64,000 bases of DNA, taken from positions 1 through 64,000 of the forward strand of contig NIVC01002142.1 in the NCBI GenBank assembly GCA_002269645.1, written 5' to 3'. The translations under genes and the position numbers were made by a program. This DNA comes from Macrostomum lignano (lineage: Eukaryota). Below the pieces are notes generated by a model. That model made no database searches. It saw only the letters and a program-made list of their open reading frames with translations, and was not told the DNA's origin. Shown here piece by piece: positions 20,701-33,600 of the stretch. Position 1 is the first letter of the stretch. Every line of letters starts with the position of its first letter.

Positions 20701-22496
20701 GTCTGGGGTGGAACAGCTGAGGCTCCAGGCTGAGTAGCTTTGCTGAGCTCTGAAGCTTGACTGTTGGTCAGCTTTGGAAAATACTGGTATTCTCTGCAAT
20801 GGAAATAAAGCAGCACACAGCTCAGGTTGTTCCGCAATCAAAATGTGACAGTTCAGGCTCTCTCACCTGCCACAATCAGTAACCTGTCCACCGGAGCAAA
20901 CAAGCAGTGTCTGGTCACTCCAGCACATGTCAGTCACTGGTTCCCTGACCGATAGGCGAACAGTTCTCAGCACTGAAGTGCAGGCGTCATCCATGCAGAC
21001 AATCTGCGGTCCCTCAGAGCTCAGCACAGACAGCAGAGTGCCGCTGCTGCTGCACAGCACGCACGGAGTGGCCAGGGACTTCACTGGAGCACTGGACTGG
21101 GACTTTACTTTTAAATTAGCAGACGTCTTTGTCAGGGAGATGGAAAATGCGTACAGTTTATAGTGACACTTTCCAACTTCGTCAAGAACGATTAGCAGCT
21201 TCGGCTTCAACAGCCACTCTAGACGCACAGGCCTTTTGAGCTTGAGCAGCTCCTTCACGAGTGTCGTACGCCAACTCTTAGGACGTGCGATGGACACCAT
21301 CAAGATCGCAGAGTCTGGACAGCAGAATACGAGCTGGTCACCTGTACTCACTGCGTCCTCTGGGTGTTGCACGAGCTTTCTAAAGTGGAATTCAAGCTTT
21401 AAATGAAATCGTGCAAAAGTATACTTTATTAAATCGGGTTCACTAACTTGTGGCAGCTGAACTTTGGCCCAACGCTGAACCCAAGCTGACCGTCAGGCCG
21501 ACAGACGGCCACAACACCGGCACTTTTGTCAACTACAATCACCAGCTTCCGTTTGCTACAGACCCGAATGCGATGGGGCTGCAGAGCCACCGCAGACCCA
21601 TCAGGGTTCGTCACAGTCAGGTGACTGACCGAGGCTGCAGCGCCAGGAGAGCCGAAATTCCGAATGACATTTGATGGCTGCTCCAGCACAAGGAGCTGGC
21701 CTGACAGGCTGGCCACGGACGCAGCAGCCTGTTTAGATGCACCAGTAGCTGACACAGCTTGACTTGACGAATCAGTAGCTGACACAGCCTGTTTTAACGA
21801 ATCAGTAGCTGACTCAGCCTGTTTTGACGAATCAGTAGCTGACACAGCCTGACTTGACGAATCAGTAGCTGACACAGCCTGACTTGACGAATCAGTAGCT
21901 GACACAGCCTGACTTGACGAATCAGTAGCTGACACAGCCTGTTTTGATGCACCAGTAGCTGACTCAGCCTGATTTGACGAATCAGTAGCTGACACAGCCT
22001 GTTTTGATGCACCAGTAGCTGACACAGCCTGTTTTGATGCACCAGTAGCTGACGCAGCCTGTTTTGATGCACCAGTAGCTGACACAGCCTGACTTGACGA
22101 ATCAGTAGCTGACACAGCCTGTTTTGATGCACCAGTAGCTGACACAGCCTGACTTGACGAATCAGTGGCTGACTCGGCTCCTGAGGCATCAAGAAGTTTC
22201 TTCATCACTCTGAGCAGTTCGCTAGCCGCAGACTCCGCCGCAGCCTCATCCCATGAGCAGCTGACTGCCCAGCTGGACTCATCACTGAGCGCATCATCCA
22301 GGACAGCCTCAGCATCCAGCAGCTCCTCTAGAGAGGCTGGCAGCTCCATATCGACGATGGCCCGCAGGCGGTCTCGAGCCCGGCTTCGGCTGGCCATCTC
22401 CGCGGCTACAGCAGTCCGGCGCCTCTGCACAGCCAGTTGGAGCTGCTCAACGAAGCTGCTGGGCTGCGGCAGGGCGTCAACGGCCGGCGAATCCAT
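17758..22496 (-). CDS. Multi-propeller gene 2 (three propellers), 6 coding exons
   Basis: ORF pieces 21429-22538, 20863-21372, 20394-20837, 18997-19683, 18358-18579 and 17758-18303 join in frame through phase-2 GT-AG introns read manually. Confidence 0.8.
18810..19100. repeat. Intronic ~20-bp minisatellite (GAAGCGACCGAGTGACAATT)
   Basis: Tandem units in the gene 2 A3-B4 intron. Confidence 0.9.
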
Positions 22497-22564
22497 GCTG
22501 AAATATTGTTCGTTGCCATGGAACTTATTGGAAAGCATAATATTGTAACGTAAGTAGCTTTAGA

Positions 22565-22790
22565 CGAGTAGCCTAGTGGTCCAGGTGCGGTCCAGTCTCG
22601 ATTCCAAGTGCAGTCACTTAATTTTTGGGGCTAAATTAGAATCTCGGCTTGGCTCTGCTCGTGCGATTAACGCTCTTGATGACCAACCCCCAAGGCACAG
22701 TGAAGTGTACATGCCTAACGATAAATAAAGTTAGGGCCGCTGTACACTCCTGTGTGAGTGTGTGCCTGTGCGTATGACTGCCGCGCGCTT
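22565..22790 (+). mobile_element. Degenerate tRNA-derived SINE-like fragment
   Basis: A-box-like TAGCCTAGTGG and a weak B-box. Shares AGGGCCGCTGTACAC(T)CCTGTGTGAG with 28165-28195. Confidence 0.35.
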
Positions 22791-23416
22791 GTGTGCCTGC
22801 TCAGAGGGAGTCGGCGGAATGGGCAGTAATGCCTCTCGCCGGTTGTGCGACAATGTCGCAAAATCTGCACCACGGGTGCACACAGCCCCCTTGACTCTAA
22901 GTAAACACAGCTACCTTTACTAGAAAGACGTGGGCCATTTTTGAAGCTATAAAGAAAAAATGCGGATTGTTTTGGTGCTGTAGCAACTGATTTTAGCATC
23001 AGTTGGTTTCGTGAAAATTGAAAAATAAATTTATTGGATAACCAACAGTAGAACAAATATAACTTTTGTTAGATAAATAAATAGATATGAAGAGTCTAAC
23101 AGCAAAACAGGCATAAAATACTACTACTGGAAAAATTTCCTTCTAGTCATGGTAAATTATTATCGAGGTGAAAAAACTATGCATCATCTAATCAGACACT
23201 TCTTAGCAATGTAAAACTAACATCGAATGAAAGCCAGTGAATAAAGAATCAACTGTTCTCTTTACAAAAAGGGTAAAAGCTCTTAAAATGTTGCAATTGT
23301 ATTGTAATGTTTTAACTACTCCTAGCTAAACTATAGAAAGTCAGGCAGAATAGTTTAATACTTGATAGTCAGAATACTCAGATTTCCCGAGATGATCTAT
23401 TAAACATCTAGACGAA

Positions 23417-26400
23417 TTAAACACTGGAAATCACTGGTCCATCAGGCTGGACTGATGACGTTGAAGTGATGGAAGACAAAGACGGGGCCAAGTCAGGCTT
23501 AATCAACTTGCCACCGCAGCACAGCCAGAGCTCCCCCTTAAGCCAGCTCATGTCGGTGACGGCGCCGCCATCCGCAGGCAGCTGGCAGTCCGCGACGGTG
23601 CTGACAGCCGAGCAGTCGTCGGCCACGCTTAGCAGCCGAGGCCCCTCCTCGGTGAGCGCAGACAGCAGGAAGCCACCGCTGCTGCTCAGCACGCTGGGGA
23701 CGGCCAGGGAGCGAACGGGGTCGCGAAGAGCGGCCTGGAGATGCAGCGTGGCAGCAGTAGGGCTCTTCACGATCTGGAAGGTGCTCACGGAGAATCTGTC
23801 GGTGGAGACTTCGTCAAGCACGATGAGCAGCTGGCGGGAGCCGCTCCAGGCCAGGCGGATCGGCCGGCGCAGCTTGTTGCGCTCTTTTTTTATTGTGGTT
23901 CTCCACTGGCTGGGCTGCTCCAGGGACACCAGGAAGAGGCCCCTGTCAGGCGAGCAGATCGCCAGCAGCTCGCCAGTGCTGATGGCGTCTGATGGCTTTG
24001 ACAGCGACGAGCTGAAGATGCGTAAAGGTGAAGTAAATCATCAATTTGAAAGATGGAGCTAGCTTTTGGTTTGATATCTATGACAGATTGGTGCTGTATC
24101 TGATACTTTTGGCAGCTGTTTTTTAAGTCCCTTTTATCTTAACAAACAAAAGCTGAGCATTCGACCCCAGCCACGGCCAATAGAAAGCAATAATGTACTA
24201 TGGAAATATCTCCTAATGCAAATACTGAAAGATACAATGTAAACCTTTGTTGCACCAACCCAGTTGAATACGCATTCTCAAGATAATAAAGATTCCAGTT
24301 GCCTCTTGTTACGGCTTATACAGTGCTGGCAACTCCCAGCTTGTACATAGCTGCTTTCTAAGTCAAAGCAGGCTCACTGTTGCTGCCTCCAGGGGTGACG
24401 CAAACAGCCAATGCGTACTAACCGCTGCCAACTCTGCTTAACTAGCAATCCCTTGAGCTGGCTGATAAGGACAAGCAAAAAAACTAAATGATGAAGCTTC
24501 AAACTCACTCAGTGCCGAATCGCGGTCCAACTGAGAACCACAGTCCGCCCTCCGAGTCGCAAACGTGAACAGCTTCAGCTGACGGGTCAAGCAAGATGAG
24601 GAGGCCGCGCTCCGAGCAGACTCGAACTCGCGCTGGCTGCGGCACGAACTCGGCCTGTCCCGACTGGGTCAGCCTTAACTTGTCGGCCGACAAATGGCCA
24701 AGCGACTTGGACAGCTGGACAGAACCGGATGGCAGTTCAAGGACGAAGCCTCTGTCAGGCGATAAGAAGGCCGCAGACTCGACGTACGGTTGGCACGAGG
24801 CGTCGCTGTAGCTGGAAGAAATCAAACAAGTTCTCTATTAACCCGATAAATAAGAAATACACGATATTAAATTTGAAAAAGGCATAGAGAATGCCCGCCT
24901 TATACTACTGCTAGCCATTTGATGAGAACATACATGTAGCACTAGCAGTAGTGCAGTAGTGAGTTGAAGTCAGCTGTTACTAGCATATTCACTGTTCTTG
25001 ATGAAATCATTATAACTATGATACTAACCTTTCGTAGTGAACATCGGGCCATAGCAACAGCCTGTTGCCATGGCAACCAGCCAGGCGCTGGTCCCACCAG
25101 AACAGGTCGGTTACCGCCAGACTGTCAGCAGTTGCCTCTCCATCGGAGAATTGCTGCACAAGCTGGTGGGCTCCAGCGGCGATGAGCACTATAATATTTG
25201 AGTTGTTCGGCCTGCTGCAAGCTGCCAGGATGCAGTCCCGACCGCACAGCAGGCTCGGCCTAGTCAGCGACTCAATAACAACCGGCAAGCACTGCTTAAA
25301 TAGCGTAGCCGCTTTCTCGTTTGAGCTGATAGAGAACGGCTGGATTCTGTAGAAAACCCTATCGGGCAATTGGTCGGCTACGACTAGCCACTGACGGGAG
25401 GCCAGCCAGGCCAGGCGCACCGGACAGGCGAGTCCGCAGCGCCGTTTCGTGACGACAGTTCGCCAAGTGGCTGGGCGTTTTAGCGACACCAGGTAGAGCG
25501 CGAACTCCGGACTGCAGATTAGTAGAATGCTGTCGGCAGCGACTGCATCCTCGGGGGTCAGCAGGCTGAAGCTGCGAGTAGTTATTTAGAGGCACAGGCA
25601 GAATTAAAACTAGCCGAGAAAATTTGCAGCAAGAAAGGTACCAGCTCAGAATTGCAGCAGCTGTCTAATTTTAGAACTTTAAATCAAAAAATAGAAGTGA
25701 GGAGGAAAGGAGAGAAAAGCAAAGAGAGCTGAGACGAGACACAAAATCCTGAGCGGTCGGGATTGCTATTTTGAAGTTTCAAAAGACCCGAGGATAACAG
25801 TACATGTACAGAACACACAATTTTACAGTTAGAGAAGCTGGGAAAGAAACTACAATGGATTATTTGAAGATACCTGTAAACCATAAACTATTGTCTACTG
25901 GTAATTATTGCAATCATTTCATATAGAATCCCATCTTACGCATCGTTGAACTGGGGCCCAACGCTGAAATAGAGCCCACCATCTGGCCGGCACACATGCA
26001 CAGAGCAGGCCGCCCTGTCCAGCACTATCACCAGTTGAAGCTTCTGGCTTGCCCGGACACAGTGCGGCCGCAAATTGGAAATTGTCTCTCCACTAGTCGG
26101 GTCGGTGACTGCCAATTCGCCAAGCTGATTGCCAAACGAATCGTATACTCGAACAGCTTGAGTAGGCTGCTCCAGCATATAGCACTGGCCAGACAGGTAA
26201 GCAGCTGATACAGCAGAGGCATTCGCTGTGCTTTTAGCGAATCTTGGGTCGTTCGAGTCCCTTAGCTTTCTGCAACAAAGTTTTAACGTTGCTTTTTTAG
26301 GCTTTAATTTTAGTCACTTGTGCAAGAAAAGTTTGGAGACACGGAATCCATATGGAAATAGGGATGTGTTCTGGAAAAACCGACCAAGGGAAGACTTCCC

Positions 26401-29400
26401 GACGTAGGGAAGACCACCTTGAGAATTGCTACTAACCAAGTGTTTTGCTAGCCTCGTAAATTGTTCATGGAAATTAACTCTACAGACTGAGTGTCTCAGC
26501 CAATCTTGACACTGTCGCAACCTTCCGACACTTACTTAAGAGTGCGTCCGACAGAACGCAGCTGGGCTCCTAATACTGGCATGACATGACAACTAATTTT
26601 AGATTTCCACAGGTCTACTTTTTAAAATTCGTTGGGTCCTCCGTGTCACCGTAAGCGACGCGGAAAGGCCTGGTGGCGACGCCTGTTGTATCGATAATAG
26701 GCAACGAATTTTTCGAACAAAGTAACGATGGTTATTGATTTCCTGGTAGCTATCTCGTCGTAGCTGATTGGTTGGTTTCCTTCCGGACTGAATATTTTGG
26801 GAATTTAAAAAAACGGCTCACTCCGGAACCAGGAAAGAGAAACGTCATTTATTGTGCGGTAAATGACGATAAAATAGATTGTAAAAATTATGAAAACAAC
26901 CAACTTTTCCGGATGAAAACTGCAGCTTCCAGAATCCACCGTCCATAAGGCACCATCGCTGCAGATTCCTAGCCGGTTGTCCGGCAGCCAGCACATGTCT
27001 TTGACGGCACCGGCCAAGCTCAGTCTGACCACTCGAACAATACTTAAGCAGTCGCTGCTCAGGCACAGAATCTTGGGCCCTTCACTGGTGAGCAAAGAGA
27101 TCAAGATGCCCTCAGCGCTGGCTAGAATGCAAGGCGTGCTCAAAGATAGAAGCTGATCTGGCAAGACAGCACACTGTTGCAGCATATTCGGTACAAATTG
27201 CTGCTGCACAGAGAAGGCGGCCAGTCCGTAGCGATTTTGGCCAGCCTGATCCACTACAAATACTATTCGACGCTCGCAGCTCCAAGCCAGACGAACCGGG
27301 CGGTTCAACCGAATTTGGTTCTTTTTAACTGTCATTTTCCCAACAGTCGGCCCGTTCAAAGACACAAGAAACAGGCCGCGATTCGGATTGCAAATTATCA
27401 GCACGTCGCCTGTACTGACGGCGTCCTCGCTGTTCGCTAGGCTGTAGCTGAAATACGGAAAATATAAATATCGTCCTTAATGACTGCTAACAAATTGAAG
27501 ATGAGTAGCACTATGTCAAATACAGTAAAATGCATGCCAGTTACTACACCACATCGGGGCTGAGAAGGCTCTCGTACAAAATTAACCTGGTTGAATTCAA
27601 GAGGACCACTAGAACTTACCGTTGTACCAGGACGTAACACTCGTAAATAGTGCAAAATAATCATGAAGGCCCGCTTGTTCACGAGTCCGTACGTGTATTT
27701 ATAATCGATTTTCTACAAAAAAGCATCCTATTCGAACCACAGAAGCTCCAGAACAGGTGTAGTTATAATTTGTCAAGGCTTTAATCTGCTTAATCTACGA
27801 TTACGAGCTGTTTGTGATGGAATCTTGCAACTCGTTTAAAACTTGCTGTGCTCTTTATGCAGATAAACTGTTAGCGTTACTAATTCAACAATTAGCTTGC
27901 AATAAATTATCAGACGGGTTTTTAGCTAATTTCTTATAAATATGCTTTAGCTGTCATAAAGTTATCTCACTAACCCTACGCTGTATATATGCTATGTTGT
28001 ACTGTTTTAGAATTATTATTGTAAGTGCAACTGATTCGGAGTTATGAGCATTTAAATTTTAGCTGCAATGCAAACAAATAAGGCCTTCAAATAATTTTGC
28101 AATATTTGCGAGTGTTACGTCCTGGCACTCTCGGAGAGTGTACATGCCGAACATGATGAGAAAGTCAGGGCCGCTGTACACCCTGTGTGAGCGTGTGGGT
28201 GCTCAAGGTTCAGCAGAATGGGCCTGACTGCCCAAATAATAATAATATTGATTTATTAATCAATATTATTATTAATCAATAATTTTTTGATTCTACCAAT
28301 GGGCAGATGTGCAACCGACAGCTCAGCCGCAGCTATTGCGCAGCGCATCTAAAGGTTGCGCACGGCTGTTTAATCTAGCTGGCACTCATTTTAAAGCTGG
28401 GTGAACTGAAGCAATTTAAGGACACAAATTGGTCTGAGTAGGCCGAGAATCGAACCCCTGACCTTTTAGTCGAGAGTCCGACGCTCTAACCACCAGGCTA
28501 CAACCCCTCCAGGCAAACATAGCGCACACATATGTGGCAGCAATTGAAGCTCAGATTCAATTCAAACAAAATTTCGACTAAAAATTTAAAAAACTAACAA
28601 ATGTGCCGCAATAGCAGAGCGCACCTACAAAGACTGATTAAACTTGTACAATGCAACTCTTATCCTGCAACCGCAGCTCGGAGCTGCTACCCCCAACTCT
28701 ACCCTGGTTCGATAAAAACCATCGATACCAATTCCAACCAACCCACCAGCTGCTGAATCTCGGTCCAACTTGAAAGCGCAGTTGGCCATCTGGCTGGCAG
28801 ACGGTCACAGTTTGACCGGCCTGGTCTAGGATAACAATCAGCTGACCTTCGCTGCATGCTCGGATGCAATGGGGACGAATAACTATTGCAGATCCATCGT
28901 GATTGGTCACGTTAAGGCTACCAACACAGTTCCAATGTGAGTTGTACACGAATATAGAATGCGTTGATCGCGAGACAACGAAGCACTGATCTGACAGACT
29001 GGCTATGGAGACAGAGTCTGTAGCTAAGATAGGCTGATAGCAGGCAACTGTCTCTACCACATCTGCTAAGTTAACTACTGAAGCTGTGGGTGAGACAGGC
29101 TGAGTGGGCGCTTCAGCACGCGAAGCAGCTTTTTTCTTACCAACTTTTTTAGTCACAATTGCAGACTCAGCGACAAATGCTCTACAATAAGAATGAACGG
29201 AAATGACAATCAATGATACAGATTAAGCTGAGCAAAATCATACATTTAAATAGCTCTCACCTGTCATCAGCATCATCAATAACCTCCTGTATCGCACAGA
29301 CTTCTCCACCGGAGCAGACAAGCAGTGTCTGGTCACTCCAGCACATGTCAGTCACCGGTTTCCTGACCGATAGGCGAACAGTTCTCAGCACTGAAGTGCA

Positions 29401-30674
29401 GGCGTCATCCATGCAGACAATCTGCGGTCCCTCGGAGCTCAGCACAGACAGCAGAGTGCCGCTGCTGCTGCACAGCACGCACGGAGTGGCCAGGGACTTC
29501 ACTGGCTCACTGGACTGGGACTCTGATTTCAGTTCAAATACATATTTCTTCTCCTCGGTAATGGAAAACAGGTTTAACAAGTACTGACAGCTGTCAACTT
29601 CATCAAGCACGACCAGTTGTTTGATCGTAGAGTTCCACGCTAAGCGTACAGGATGCGTCAAATTGGTAGTTGAGTTTAGAAAAGCTGTGCGCACGGATGG
29701 CCGGTAGAGGCAGGCCATGAAGAGGCCGGTGGTAGGGCAACATATTATCACGAATGAGCGTGCACCCACTGCGTCTTCAGGCTGCTTTAAATGCCTACGA
29801 AAAATAAAATGCGGGAAGGAAAATAATTTACGTATCAGAAACTTATGGAAAAGAGAGCGGTGAGGAAAATTCAGAGATTAGTGGAGCGGTGAGGCAAGTT
29901 CAGAGTATGAATAAAGATCGGAATTTACTTTTTCTTGCTGAATTTCGGCCCAACGCTGAACTGCAATTCGCCGCCAGCCTGACAAACAATAACAACACCG
30001 GCTGATTTATCAATCACTACAAGCCTTTTAGCGCTGTACTTCCGAATGCGGTAAGGCTTCACAACCACTGCATTCGATTCAGCATCCGTTATTTTGAAGT
30101 TTCGGAGACTGCCACCGAGGCAGTCGGTAAATTGAATAACACCCGATGGCTGATGGAGATAGACTAACTGGTCAGACAAACAAGCAACTGACTCAACCTG
30201 ATGAAACGTGTCTGTGGCTGACTCAGCTTGGTGAAGCGAGTGGGAGCCTGACTCAATCTGATGAAGCGAGTCGGTGGCTGACTCAATCTGATGAAGCGTG
30301 TCTATGGTTGACTGTATCTGGTGAAGTGAGGCTGTGGCTGACTCAGCCTGGTGAAGTGAGGCTGTGGCTGACTCAGTCTGTTGAGACAAGTTGGAGCCCA
30401 TTGCTTGATTTAAGATACGGAGCAGGTCTCGTGTTGCCGACTCTGCCTCAGCTTCATCCCATAAACAACTTACTGCCCAGCCTCCTGTCGCCACTAGTGC
30501 CTCATCCAGCGCAGACTCCGTATCGCAAAACTCCTGCAGCGAAGCTGGCTCTGCGTCAATCAGCATTCGCAATTGTTCTCTAGCTTGATGCCAATCATCC
30601 AGCTGCAGACTAATACTGGCTCGCTGTCTCTCCGCGGCCACTAGTAGCCAATCAATGAAGTCCCGCGCAGACAT
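23417..30674 (-). CDS. Multi-propeller gene 1 (four propellers), 8 coding exons
   Basis: ORF pieces 29925-30674, 29257-29769, 28638-29213, 26805-27404, 25936-26178, 25016-25489, 24505-24825 and 23417-23929 join in frame through phase-2 introns. Confidence 0.8.
28290..28505 (-). mobile_element. tRNA-derived SINE
   Basis: Minus strand reads TAGCCTGGTGG (A box)...GGTTCGATTC (B box). The body GTGCAACCGACAGCTCAGCCGCAGCTATTGCGC recurs at about 58335. Confidence 0.65.
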
Positions 30675-33600
30675 TCAAACGAGTGAACTAACTACAAGTG
30701 CTGAAGTTTAAAAGCTCTGCGATTATAAAACACACTAGATTTAATAAAAATTCATTCTTTGAATTTAGGGGCTGAGGCTGAGCAATATGCCAGGAAATTG
30801 ATGCCATATGCTCACATGCTCAATTATCTGTTTCTCATACATGCTAGTCTGGGGCTTGTTGTGCCATTTGGGTAAGACATGTAATGCACATGTACATGTA
30901 AACCAAGGAGAAAGCCCGGGCTGCTGTGTTGCAAACTAAAAACTCCCAGGCAAAAGAGTGAAGTGGAAACTAATCATATGAACAAAGAAAAAAATGACTA
31001 AGCATCATCCTACTTTCTAAAAATGCAATATACAAGCAATGCAACTTCGAAAAAATTCAAATGAGCTGACAAGTCATAAATCATAAATATTTTAATAAAT
31101 ATACTAAATGTAGGACTTAAAGGCATTTTTTGCCTTTTCTAACATCTAAGCTAAAATATTTGAGTCCAAAGTATAAGCTTATAGTTATTAGTAAAAAGCC
31201 AATTAAAGTATAGTAGAAATTAATAATGTATCAAATATAAAATATAGCATGATGTAGTCATAGTTACTTCCTACAGATAATTGTATTTACTTTTTTTTGT
31301 ATTATACCACTATAAACAACTCTAAACAGTTATAGATTCTAATTAAATAGCTGAACCTAATTTGTACCAATTACAATTACAATGTCTAAGTGAATTCTAA
31401 TTAGTGTCAATAAGAATTGCAATCAAGAATCAATGAAAATTTATATTATAGCTATTCACAATCTAGCAACTACTCTAAGCTAGGCAACAAACTAAAATAA
31501 GAAGACTTTATTTGTTGAGCTTTAACATTTCTATCATTAAGCTGCTTTAAATCTTCTAAAAGTAAGTTTTTTTAACAATTTTTTTAATGATCCATGAGAA
31601 TTTGAATACCAACAAGGATTCAATGACCTATAGATCCTTTACACTAATAAAAAGAACTTGCCAAATATATGAAAAGTTAAAGAAAAATATTAAAATCAAT
31701 TAAAAATTAATTTAAATATATTTTTTAATATTTGATTTATTCTTTCCTAATTCTTACCCAAAACAAGCTATTTTAAGATCTATGAGAAGTCTACTACCTC
31801 ATAACAAGCTGGCTTCCAATGGATTTGGCAACAATCTATTTTGGCAATAGGCCTAGCCAATTTGGCAAATGCTATAAAGTTGAAGAAAGCTTTGACACTA
31901 GTTGAAATTTAACATATTGCCACTAGTCTTTGCCATTTAAATTAAGGTAATTTTGTTTTAATCATATCAAATAACACATTTTCAAAAAGATATATAAAAG
32001 CTATATTGTACCTTAAACAATTGTGCCCTAGACCTAAACAATCAAAATAGCCAAAACCCTTGAAACAATAGGCCCTACCTACAAAAAACTTAAAATATAT
32101 AAAGGGACTATGAAATATATTTTTTTTCTACAGCTAATATTGATAGGTCTATCCTTAGGTTAATTTCTTATTTGCTTTTGAGAATATATATAATTTGGAA
32201 TAATAAAGGCTGCTTTCTAACTTAGGGCAACCAACAAAGCCTGCTGATAAAGACATTTTTTTCAAAATTTCAATGTTATCTAAAAAAAATATTAGTATTA
32301 GTTAAGTTAGTTAAGAATAAAAAACTATTATATTACATTGGTTGGCTCTTCCTTTAATAAGATAAGGATTTTTTACAATGCATTATTTACAATATAAGTT
32401 ATTTCAATTTTAAAACTATGTGAGCCCTTAGTTTTTCATTAATAGGCCCTATTTAATGTCAGCTTTATATTTTTATTAGGCTGGGCCTAAATCTTTTTAA
32501 GAAAATGATAGTGTTATTATCTAAATAAAAACAATGTAACGTACATTTATAAAAATATTTCCCCATGAGAAAAGTATCTTTCTTCTTCTTTTTTTAATTT
32601 ATTTGTTATTGTTTTTCGTCAATGTATTTGCATTGCGAAGGCAAAGAACCTACTTTAGACTTTAGTACTTTGCATTTAAATTTGACCTTTGCATGCAATT
32701 TGTATTTTTGGCAAGTCAAAGGACCCTCACTGAATTCCCTAATCTCAATGTTATTTACTTGACCCATCGTGGGCTCGCTAATAACAATAAAATGGTGATA
32801 AGGTCCTAGATGATACTTGGAGGTTACAGCAGGCTGACCATGAGGAACTAAATGCATAGTGAGAGTGAGACGACTCTGATCAAAAATAGAGCTAATTAAA
32901 AAGTATAATTAGACGCGCAAGAATTGCGCTCTTCTGCTCGACAGTTTAAGTATTTTTTCAATCGATATTTTTTTAAAACATTAAGGGGGTGTCTTTTTGG
33001 TGGGTGAATTCGGTAGTTAGTAGTGAGACGTCAGACCCCCGGGTCAGACCTGCGTTGTAATTTTCGTATTCGGTTTTTAAAAACAAGCAGCTACTGATTT
33101 TTATTTCAATCTACAAATTTTCTAGTTATTTGGCACATAAAAAGGTAAATGACTGGCATCTAACGCAATAAAAACTAGAAATATAGGCTTAAGCCTTACA
33201 ATTTGTTAATATTTGACTGAAACACTTACGGCTTTATTCAAGCCAACTGCACATCTCGAGCTTCCGCCCTTACGATGCAGAGTTTTTTAATCAATCGAAA
33301 ACTGGCCTAAGCAGTTTTCAAGAGCTACTAGAGCAGTTTAGACTTGTCCACTATCGAAGCTTGGTTAGAGACAACGGAGAAATTCCAAATAAATTGTCCA
33401 TATATAGTCCTCTATGCACATTTTGAAGATATAGAAGCTCCGCCTGGGTGAAGGCCAGTGACAAACAAAGCCAGAGCTGACTAGACACATGTGGCCGATG
33501 TGCTGATAAAATTTAAAGGCTTAGCAAGCTAGGCCGCACTGAGGCGCAGTGCTGTTAGCACACAAGGGTGTTTTAAATACTACACTAGCGCCATAGAATA

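Noticed and set aside
28441-28503. Possible tRNA gene
   Set aside because: A and B boxes are present but there is no clean cloverleaf or acceptor stem. It continues into a body repeated elsewhere, so it is better explained as a SINE head.
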